Source: a virus
Lineage: Duplodnaviria; Caudoviricetes
Virus record (IMG/VR): IMGVR_UViG_3300042922_000817
Coordinates: 1 to 60,541 of that record
DNA: 60,541 nt
Direction: 5' to 3' (one strand)
The position numbers were made by a program, and so were the translations under genes. Of this stretch, positions 1 through 7,325 are shown piece by piece (within the stretch, counting starts at the first letter, position 1; each line of letters begins with the position of its first letter). The notes under the pieces are model-generated. The model was given only the letters and a program-made list of their open reading frames with translations, had not been told where the DNA came from and searched no databases.

Positions 1-100
1 TGCTTGGACAACTTTTTGCTTAAGTTCAAAACTATATTTTGCCATAAAAAAACTGACCCCCATAAGTTAGATTTAGGTCTAACTTATGGGGGTCAGTTCA
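1..100 (-). mobile_element. Left end of an IS3-family (IS150-like) insertion sequence; transposase OrfA starts at 45 and runs off the left edge
   Basis: The minus strand begins TGAACTGACCCCCATAAGTTAGA at 100 and forms a 21-bp perfect inverted repeat (51-71/78-98). An ATG at 45 gives MAKYSFELKQKVVQA, a typical IS3 OrfA HTH start. Confidence 0.8.
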
Positions 101-146
101 ATTTTAAGCTGTCTAATAAATTCTTCTCATAATACTAATACACAAA

Positions 147-1238
147 TTAAAAACGAATCTGTAATCCTAATTTTATATATAAGGTGTTATTTCCCCTATA
201 AATCAAACCAAAATTATGCCTTGAACTGCTTGGAGTATCAAGTTTAGTACTTGATACCAAATAGTTTTCAAACTCATTTTTATTATAGATATGATAACAA
301 AGCACTTCACCGTCTTCTCGAACAATTATGTAACCACCCGTTGCATCGTAACTGCCATCCCAAACTACTGCTGAGGTCATTCCTAACGCCATATCTGTAA
401 GCATCTTTTTTATTTTATATAAATAAAACGGATGATTATAAGCGGTATTAAACCCCAAAGGATTTTCTTCCTCCAGACATGCAATTAGTTGAACCATATC
501 CGTTCCATGTCCCTCATAATATTTTTGAACTATAAATGAAAGTATTCTGGGTAAAGCAGTATCTATAAGTGCAAGATTCAATCCAAATTTTTCGCCTTCA
601 ACTCCACAAAAATTTAAATTTCCACCCATAGATGCAATTGCCTGTAATCGACTGCGAATTTTTGAACTACAGTTAATCGCATTGATTTCGTTAATCTGTT
701 GGTCACTTAAATGGGCACCAGTAATTTCAAAAATAAAATTGCTAGTTCTGTTTGCATTAAATAAAGTAGATGCCCCACCAAGCTTAGATTTTATGCTGAA
801 ACCGAGAACTGGTCTCATATTGGTAGTCATATCATGAACCATCATTGTAATATCTCTTTTGTCTTCAGACCTAGCTTTTATGGCAGTACAGTTTATCAAT
901 TCCATAAATTGCTCAATTTCTGGAATACTAAATGAACTTGTATGTGCTTGTTGAATTTCTTGCAACAAAGCTTGAGCCTTATCAATAAATTGATTAACAT
1001 CGCATTCAAGCAAAAGAGAATTATCATTTCCATTTATTATACGAATTGTTCTACTTGTTTCATTTCTACAATATTCTTTTAAATCTTGATTTGTCTCCCG
1101 TCTTATTATCTTTATTATTGGATAAAAAACTTGTTCCAATCTATTCAGATCTGCATCTGCGCCGTGAATAACACCATCACCCAGCAACTTCAATAAAACG
1201 TAAAGCTCGCTCCATTCTCCCTTGTTCCCCGTTATCAT
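147..1238 (-). CDS. HpaII-family type II restriction endonuclease (probably CCGG)
   Basis: N-terminal GNKGEWSE motif, GFSIKS motif and DTPSSSRHNFG near the C-terminus resemble R.HpaII; adjacent to a cognate-type MTase. Confidence 0.85.
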   Translation of the reverse strand: MITGNKGEWSELYVLLKLLGDGVIHGADADLNRLEQVFYPIIKIIRRETNQDLKEYCRNETSRTIRIINGNDNSLLLECDVNQFIDKAQALLQEIQQAHTSSFSIPEIEQFMELINCTAIKARSEDKRDITMMVHDMTTNMRPVLGFSIKSKLGGASTLFNANRTSNFIFEITGAHLSDQQINEINAINCSSKIRSRLQAIASMGGNLNFCGVEGEKFGLNLALIDTALPRILSFIVQKYYEGHGTDMVQLIACLEEENPLGFNTAYNHPFYLYKIKKMLTDMALGMTSAVVWDGSYDATGGYIIVREDGEVLCYHIYNKNEFENYLVSSTKLDTPSSSRHNFGLIYRGNNTLYIKLGLQIRF

Positions 1239-2442
1239 CTTCTACTGCCATCTCCTCTAAGTTCCCATATAACATATTCACCAAAACTTCACCCGTCGCC
1301 TGCACCGCAGGTATAGCAACGGAGTTACCAAACTGTTTATAGGCCTGTGCATCAGAAACTTTTATTAAAAAATCATTAGAAAAACCTTGCAATCTAGCAC
1401 ATTCTCTAGGTGTTATTCTCCGTATCCCTTCTCGATTAACCTCACCTTTAATTTTTGTAACAGGAGTAAAATCAGTCAACCTATCGTCAATAATAAGATT
1501 TCGTTCTCTACCCATGCCACCAACAACAATAGCATTAGCAATACCATCAAGAGAAACTATTTCAAACCCAAATCCATTTCCCTTAGATTCATGTCTTGCT
1601 TTATGTTCAATCAAAGTTTTTAAATATTGTGTCGACAAATAATATTTTACCGAAACCGGATCTTCTTCAATTATATCTGCAATACAGGATTGTATACCCG
1701 TTGCTCTAGGATATTCAAAAGAATCAATTTCCAAATCCTTACGAAAGCCCACAATAAATACTCTTTCTCTGTTTTGTGGCACTCCAAAATCTTTTGCATT
1801 TATAACTTGTGGGTCTGGAACATAGTAATTCAAATCATTTCGTAATGTATTTAGGATTACTTTAATAGTTCTTCCCCTATCATGATTCAATAAACCTTTA
1901 ACGTTTTCAAGAAAAAATGCTTTTGGACGCTTCGCCTTTAGTATTTTTGCAACATTAAAAAATAATGTTCCCCTAGTATCTTCAAATCCTCCACGCTTAC
2001 CTGCAATAGAGAATGCTTGGCATGGGAAACCTGCAACTAAAATATCATGGTTTGGAATTTTATTTTCATCAATTTTAGTAATGTCACCAAACGGCACCTC
2101 GCCAAAATTTCTATCATACGTTTTCTGAGCATATTCATCCCATTCTGAACTAAAAACACATTTACCGCCTAAATTCTGAAATGCAGTGCGCATTCCTCCG
2201 ATCCCTGCAAATAAGTCAATAAATGTAAATATAGGATTGGGCTTTGAAAAAAACGGGACATCCCATTCAATAGTTTCATTAGCAAGCAACTCTTTAATTT
2301 GACTTGGAATATGTTCAAAAAACAGATCAGCTTCGTCAGAATTGATATTTTGTAAATAATGTGAAATATATGCCAACAATTCATTTCCGATGCCTTTATA
2401 TTCTTTTTTTAATATATTTTGTAAATCAGAGTATTTAATCAT
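1177..2442 (-). CDS. C5 cytosine DNA methyltransferase, M.HpaII-like
   Basis: Motifs FAGIGG, GFPCQ, ENV, QNRER and KQFGNSV. The target-recognition region KYYLSTQY...RHESKGNGFG...IVVGGMGRERNL resembles M.HpaII. Confidence 0.92.
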   Translation of the reverse strand: MIKYSDLQNILKKEYKGIGNELLAYISHYLQNINSDEADLFFEHIPSQIKELLANETIEWDVPFFSKPNPIFTFIDLFAGIGGMRTAFQNLGGKCVFSSEWDEYAQKTYDRNFGEVPFGDITKIDENKIPNHDILVAGFPCQAFSIAGKRGGFEDTRGTLFFNVAKILKAKRPKAFFLENVKGLLNHDRGRTIKVILNTLRNDLNYYVPDPQVINAKDFGVPQNRERVFIVGFRKDLEIDSFEYPRATGIQSCIADIIEEDPVSVKYYLSTQYLKTLIEHKARHESKGNGFGFEIVSLDGIANAIVVGGMGRERNLIIDDRLTDFTPVTKIKGEVNREGIRRITPRECARLQGFSNDFLIKVSDAQAYKQFGNSVAIPAVQATGEVLVNMLYGNLEEMAVEDDNGEQGRMERALRFIEVAG

Positions 2443-2548
2443 AAGTTCATCTTCCTATTTAATGTTTTTCATTTTTTGAATGTTATATTATTTTAGATAC
2501 TACCAGACGCTAGAGATTAATCACGCTCAAAAAAAGTGTGACAATTAG

Positions 2549-2614
2549 GATATAAATTCGGCAATAGATTTTATCATCGTAGCTACTGGCTACATATTAT
2601 CCATAAAGAAATAG
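2549..2614 (+). pseudogene. Probable 3' remnant of a type I toxin peptide (..IDFIIVATGYILSIKK*)
   Basis: Hydrophobic stretch ending KK-stop, directly followed by the TAGCCGCC...GGCGGTTA hairpin; an in-frame stop lies upstream and there is no start codon or RBS. Confidence 0.4.
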
Positions 2615-2730
2615 CCGCCGACTTCTGCACAAAGTAGGCGGTTAAGGTCGAAAAACTTTATTCTCTTGCTTGTTCAGGAATTAACCGTCAATCCGGTAGC
2701 ACCTTTTTGCTTTTTAGAGTCTACTACTTG
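2604..2730 (-). ncRNA. Putative type I antitoxin-like small RNA
   Basis: Minus-strand TTGACA (2761-2766) and TACACT (2737-2742) promoter, about 125 nt with no ORF, ending in a GC stem (2612-2644) plus U-rich tail, convergent with the toxin-like remnant. Confidence 0.4.
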
Positions 2731-2739
2731 TTAACAAGT

Positions 2740-3113
2740 GTACACGAATCTGTGTACACTTGTCAACAGATGCATATAAAATACACCAAGTTTATCTGGC
2801 GTAATTATTATATTTAAACCTAATAACTTAAAGGCATTACAGCTATTATTTTTTTAATTGTTGCAACAGGATATATTATTACCATAAAAAAGTGAAACCG
2901 CAAAATTTCTCAGGTCGAGCAGTTTTACTCTATAGAAATTCACTCACTAAAAGGGTAACCGTTTACCATTAGCACCTATTTTTCTTTATCTATTATATGC
3001 TATGTGGACACTTTGTATACTATTTGGTGGACCAAGGTACACGAATCTGTGTACAATGTCAACAGATGCATATAAAATACACCAATTTTATCTGGCGTAA
3101 TTATTATATTTAA
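2740..3113. repeat. About 78-bp direct repeat pair (2740-2817 and 3037-3113) containing a promoter/operator palindrome
   Basis: GTACACGAATCTGTGTACA...TGTCAACAGATGCATATAAAATACACCAA.TTTATCTGGCGTAATTATTATATTTAA occurs twice with about 3 differences. Confidence 0.9.
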
Positions 3114-3232
3114 TCATAATAAATTAAAGATTTAGCACAACTACAATGTAAACTCAACTATCAATAATAATAACTAATTTAATATATGCTTATTTTTTAT
3201 TATAACCAAATTTCAACTGGTATGCTATTATT

Positions 3233-3463
3233 TTAAAATTTTTCAATAAACCAAAGCTTATCATCGCAAAACAAATAAACATCTCTATTACAAATCTTAC
3301 ACGTATACCTTGTCCCCTGCCCTCCACCTTTTAAAGATGCAGACTGGCGTATATCTGATATCTTGTCAACACTTAAATTCCGTCCATCCCAATCAATTGA
3401 AAGTGGTTTAACCGTTCCATCTGTAAAATGCTCTGCAATCACTTTAATAAACTTCTTTTCCAT
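3233..3463 (-). CDS. Small SOS-associated protein of the type usually found beside Y-family polymerases in Firmicutes
   Basis: KGGGQGTRYTC...WFIE motif, good RBS and an upstream LexA-like box. Confidence 0.6.
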   Translation of the reverse strand: MEKKFIKVIAEHFTDGTVKPLSIDWDGRNLSVDKISDIRQSASLKGGGQGTRYTCKICNRDVYLFCDDKLWFIEKF

Positions 3464-3478
3464 ACTTCCTCCATTTTC

Positions 3479-3492
3479 AGAACATATGTTTG
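3479..3492. promoter_or_regulatory. LexA (Cheo-box)-like operator AGAACATATGTTTG
   Basis: Close to the Firmicutes consensus CGAAC-N4-GTTCG; sits between a TATAAT and the RBS of the 3463 gene. Confidence 0.65.
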
Positions 3493-3602
3493 TTTTTTTA
3501 TATTATAGCCTTTTCATCGCAAAAACAACGGTAATTTAAGGATATAGGCAAAACAAAAGAGGGAACCAAGTACATTTTTGTACCTAGTTCCCACTTTTTT
3601 AA

Positions 3603-4436
3603 CTACTTACTAAAATCAGTTACTTCGAAAGTAAGAATTTTATCATACACAATATAATCTTTTCTGTTCAAAAATTTATCAAATGTATAATAAGCTGATC
3701 CAGTACCATTTGCTCTAGAATCATACCATTTAATAAAGGCATCTAATTCATCTTTCGTTACTGGGTATTCTCTTTCGACTTCTTCAGCTAAAGTAATTGT
3801 TAGTAAAAATTTGCCATCATCCAATGGTTTATTTGGATTAAAGTTTTCTGTCCAACGAGCGATATTTGAGATGCGAAACTCATCAATATAGCCATTAAAG
3901 CCATAAGATGAGCCATAAGCACCGATGCAAGATGATAAATCAGCACCGTAAAGCAACTTGTCACTATTAAAAGTATTTTTTAAAACCCCGTTTTGAAATG
4001 CATAGAACACATTGCCTTTTCTCACCAATGCATAGTGTGTCCACTCATTAAGAATTACAGGACCAATAATTAGGTTAAGAGCCATGTCCCAAGATTTACC
4101 CGTTGAAGAAAGCGAAAAACAAATATTAGAATTATATACATGCCCAATCGAAAATGGGTTAGCACCATAGGCGCTACCTTGCATTTGATACTGACTTCCA
4201 GATTGTGAACTAATTCTATATTCCCACCAATCCACGGTAAAATTAAAATCATTTAAGGGATTGAGCATATTGTCTAAATAACTACTCCCATCCAAATATA
4301 AACTTTTCCCGCCAAATTTACTCTGATCTGTGGAAACTACCGGATTGCCCACTGCCGTCCAAACTTTCCCCGTTTCATCTTTAATTCCTTCGTCAAAATG
4401 TAATAAAGACACTGTGTAATCGTCTACTTGATACAT
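3603..4436 (-). CDS. LamG/concanavalin-like lectin-domain protein with a conserved uncharacterised C-terminal domain (moron)
   Basis: LLHFD...KFGGKSLYLDG...WTHYALVR...FNGYIDEFRIS LamG motifs; C-terminal EREY..FIKWY..RKDYIVYDKILTFEV domain; own promoter, leader and terminator. Confidence 0.8.
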   Translation of the reverse strand: MYQVDDYTVSLLHFDEGIKDETGKVWTAVGNPVVSTDQSKFGGKSLYLDGSSYLDNMLNPLNDFNFTVDWWEYRISSQSGSQYQMQGSAYGANPFSIGHVYNSNICFSLSSTGKSWDMALNLIIGPVILNEWTHYALVRKGNVFYAFQNGVLKNTFNSDKLLYGADLSSCIGAYGSSYGFNGYIDEFRISNIARWTENFNPNKPLDDGKFLLTITLAEEVEREYPVTKDELDAFIKWYDSRANGTGSAYYTFDKFLNRKDYIVYDKILTFEVTDFSK

Positions 4437-4468
4437 AAATAAATCTCCTCCTAAAATTAAATTATTTC

Positions 4469-4567
4469 GAAAGCCAATATAGCAAAGGAACTTTTATTTT
4501 AATTGCGTGTTTCCTGTATATCAGCTTTCACCTATATACATTCTTTGAACTGCGATTTTTAAACACA
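4469..4567 (-). promoter_or_regulatory. Shared promoter-like motif plus structured leader, copy A
   Basis: TGTGTTTAAAAATCGCAGTTCAAAGAATGTATATAGGTGA followed by a long hairpin (4469-4529); homologous to 7173-7275 and 36609-36708. Confidence 0.75.
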
Positions 4568-4625
4568 TAGAATAAAAAAAATCCGGCATCGATACATTTT
4601 TTGTATCAGTGCCGGATTTTCAAAT

Positions 4626-5282
4626 TTAATATGTGTATCTTAATTTTACAGTTGTCTTTTTATCATCAAAATCATGATCTACAGCAACGCCTAAATATTT
4701 ACCGTCATTGCTGATTTTACGTGATACCGAATAACCGATCTCTTTTGGTGTCCAATCATCCACGTTTTGGGGTGCATAATCAATTTGCCGCAATATTTTT
4801 TTATATGCATGCACATTATATTGGTTGAGTACAACTGGATCAGTTGCTTTATACTGCGATAAATCTACTTTTTCATTCGGACTTGATGGATTTGTAACAA
4901 TAGCAAAATCAGCACCAGACTTCTGCCGTTCTTTTTCAACGACGACAGGCACTTGCTGTACAACTGTATGAGTTATAGTGTCTGGTGCTTTATTTTTGAG
5001 TAATGCAATTTGTTTTGCCGCCTCCTCTAACTGACTTTGCAGCATATCAATATGCGCATTATTAGCAGCTTCTTTTACACCTTCCGATGTCTCGGCTCGT
5101 TGTTGACCTTCGTATGTAACTGGTTGCGATTTTGCAAAAAAATGTTCATAGGCAATATAACCAACTAGGCAAAATAAAACCATAGCCAAAATAGCTATGG
5201 TTACTTTTATACGCTTTGGTAAGGCTTCGACTTTCTGCTCTGTTGCTTGCATGACCTTCTCGGCTAATTCTTTTTCATCCAT
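4626..5282 (-). CDS. Putative spanin-like lysis protein (N-terminal TM, coiled coil, C-terminal beta strands)
   Basis: Last gene of the lysis cassette; one TM helix at about aa 27-45; ends in amphipathic strands ...KLRYTY. Confidence 0.5.
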   Translation of the reverse strand: MDEKELAEKVMQATEQKVEALPKRIKVTIAILAMVLFCLVGYIAYEHFFAKSQPVTYEGQQRAETSEGVKEAANNAHIDMLQSQLEEAAKQIALLKNKAPDTITHTVVQQVPVVVEKERQKSGADFAIVTNPSSPNEKVDLSQYKATDPVVLNQYNVHAYKKILRQIDYAPQNVDDWTPKEIGYSVSRKISNDGKYLGVAVDHDFDDKKTTVKLRYTY

Positions 5283-5367
5283 TTTACAAACCTCCTAAAT
5301 TAATAAAGCACTTAAATCGTCCTCGTAGGATTCGATTTAAGCGCTTTATTAATATCTACTTAACTTT

Positions 5368-5883
5368 CTACGCAAAATAATCAGTTACACCACGTGCGAT
5401 TGCATGTGCAAAATCAGCTTGGCGATCTGCAAGTAATTGCTCATCATCCGAATTACTGATAAATGCAGTTTCGACTAAAACAGACGGGCAATCAGTATAT
5501 TTGAGTACATACAATCCAGTGCTGTATTTTACGCCTCTGTCGACCGTTCCAAATGATTTTACAATCTGATTTTGAATATTAAAAGCTAATGAATCACCAG
5601 CGCCACCAGAAGCATAACAGAACGTTTCGGTTCCTTGTGGATCTGGATTTGCTGCAGCATTACAATGAATTGATACGAATAAATCCGCACCAAATGAATT
5701 GCTTGCATTAGTGATATCTGCAAGTTCATTCTCTTGTACGAATAAAACTTCATAGCCAGCTGCTTGTAAATCTCTGCATACAATATGTGCGATATTCTTT
5801 ACTACATCTGCTTCCTGCAAAAATGTTCCTACGGCACCAGAATCTAGACCAGGGTAATGCCCTGCATTAATACAAATTTTCAT
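5368..5883 (-). CDS. Endolysin, N-acetylmuramoyl-L-alanine amidase (Amidase_3), catalytic domain only
   Basis: INAGH, E, SIHCNA and LVETAFISN zinc-amidase motifs. Confidence 0.92.
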   Translation of the reverse strand: MKICINAGHYPGLDSGAVGTFLQEADVVKNIAHIVCRDLQAAGYEVLFVQENELADITNASNSFGADLFVSIHCNAAANPDPQGTETFCYASGGAGDSLAFNIQNQIVKSFGTVDRGVKYSTGLYVLKYTDCPSVLVETAFISNSDDEQLLADRQADFAHAIARGVTDYFA

Positions 5884-6155
5884 TTCTCATTACCATCCTT
5901 TTCTTTATAACTTCCAACTTGGCTATTGTATTTACTGTTAATAAACTTATTTGCTACCTGTGTAGCAGCACCACCACCGCCAGTAAGACTCGCAAACGTT
6001 TCATAGTTCTGCCAGCCGGTACCTCTCCAAACTAAATAAAAGCTGACAAACAAAAACGCCAACCATCCAATGATAGCTAGCGTTCTTGTTAATGATAATT
6101 GTCCATTTTCATATAAGAGCATTACCAACCATTTCTTTATTTTAGTATTCACCAT
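5880..6155 (-). CDS. Holin-like membrane protein
   Basis: LSLTR motif followed by hydrophobic helices; overlaps the endolysin start. Start moved to the RBS-supported ATG at 6155. Confidence 0.6.
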   Translation of the reverse strand: MVNTKIKKWLVMLLYENGQLSLTRTLAIIGWLAFLFVSFYLVWRGTGWQNYETFASLTGGGGAATQVANKFINSKYNSQVGSYKEKDGNEK

Positions 6156-6453
6156 ATTCACCCCCTTCCGTAGGTAAATCTTGCAATCTTTCATAAAGCG
6201 TAGTCACGGTTCCATTGCCACCAAGATTATGGTAAGCATCGTACATATTACTCACATTCTCACGTGCATATATTGGACAATATCCTTTCTCGCTGTAGTG
6301 ATTATATGTTTGTATGATACGATCTCTTAAGATTGCTCTCATACCTAAGCGCAAGGCATGGTTTTCTGCTTTGTTTTTTTTTACAGTAGAAACAATCCAT
6401 GTGCCAATGATTCCAAAAATAAATTGTCCCCAATAATTAATGATAAAATCCAT
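6142..6453 (-). CDS. Holin-like or lysis-associated single-TM protein
   Basis: N-terminal TM plus the LRDRI...YDAYHNLGGNG motif common in Firmicutes phage lysis cassettes; start at MDFIINY after a GAGG RBS. Confidence 0.65.
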   Translation of the reverse strand: MDFIINYWGQFIFGIIGTWIVSTVKKNKAENHALRLGMRAILRDRIIQTYNHYSEKGYCPIYARENVSNMYDAYHNLGGNGTVTTLYERLQDLPTEGGEYGEY

Positions 6454-6532
6454 TTTTCGACCTCTTTTCCGCATAAAAATAGAGCCTATATAGGCTCTAT
6501 CCTAAGTAAAACCTTTATTATTACTACTCTTT

Positions 6533-7147
6533 TTAGTATATCCCTCTTATTTCTTTTACCAATGAGTATTTTGATTTTATATCCAGTGAAGTTAATGATG
6601 ATGTTGCTTGGATATCTGAATATCCTTCGGTATTAGCCCATCCCCAAATACAGGAAATAGATGCCGCATTAATTCCGTTTGCCATTACATCTTGCAATTG
6701 GCTTACTGTAAATTCTCGGTATTGTGGTCTCCAATACGCCGTGTTGATAGATGAATATTCGGTGAAAAGCACTCCGAACTTTCGATAATTAGCTAACGAG
6801 TCACTTAGAGGTATAATATTTGTAACCACTGTGCTACCGGTTGTACCAACTGATCCACTCCATAATGTTTTTTCGCCTGCGCCAGAGCTTCCCGAAGCAG
6901 GCAAATTAAAATTTACAACAGCTAAATTTGCCATCACACCATCTAGATTTGTACATCTTGCATAAAGTTTTTTCCCTGTCTCTAAGCTAAATGGCATCTT
7001 TTCTTTTGGTTGTAATTCAATGCCCGTATCTTTTTCGGGTGAATTATCGCTTACAACTAATTCAATAGTAAAGCAACTAGATTTATTCTCTAATACCCCT
7101 TCTGTTTCTTTTACTTCTGTGAACTTTTCATTTAAATTGTAAATCAT
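6533..7147 (-). CDS. Two-domain beta-rich protein resembling virion decoration/fibre-tip domains (moron)
   Basis: N-terminal pattern similar to the 31194 protein, a Gly/Ser linker, then a LWSG...LSDSLANY...IRGI fibre-tip-like domain. Confidence 0.55.
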   Translation of the reverse strand: MIYNLNEKFTEVKETEGVLENKSSCFTIELVVSDNSPEKDTGIELQPKEKMPFSLETGKKLYARCTNLDGVMANLAVVNFNLPASGSSGAGEKTLWSGSVGTTGSTVVTNIIPLSDSLANYRKFGVLFTEYSSINTAYWRPQYREFTVSQLQDVMANGINAASISCIWGWANTEGYSDIQATSSLTSLDIKSKYSLVKEIRGIY

Positions 7148-7172
7148 TCTTATCTCTCCTTTTTATTTTTAA

Positions 7173-7275
7173 TGAACTTCGGCAATCTACAAACCTATTA
7201 GAATTAATCATTATTTCATGTTTGTTTTACCGTCTTCACTTATATACATTCTTTTAATCGCAATTTTTAAACACA
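7173..7275 (-). promoter_or_regulatory. Shared promoter-like motif plus structured leader, copy B
   Basis: TGTGTTTAAAAATTGCGATTAAAAGAATGTATATAAGTGA followed by a hairpin with CGGTAA/TTGCCG and ACAAAC/GTTTGT stems. Confidence 0.7.
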
Positions 7276-7325
7276 TTTAGAATTAAATTTTTTAGTCATA
7301 AAAATAGAGCCTATATTGGCTCTTT

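Larger units (their letters stand above)
6472..7323. repeat. 27-bp direct repeats (6472-6498, 7297-7323; terminator hairpins) flanking one moron
   Basis: CATAAAAATAGAGCCTATATAGGCTCT versus CATAAAAATAGAGCCTATATTGGCTCT, 26/27 identical. Confidence 0.85.

Noticed and set aside
51-98. Perfect 21-bp hairpin read as a stand-alone terminator or REP element
   Set aside because: It begins with TG at 100 and leads directly into a transposase-like start at 45, so it is better explained as an IS3-family left end.
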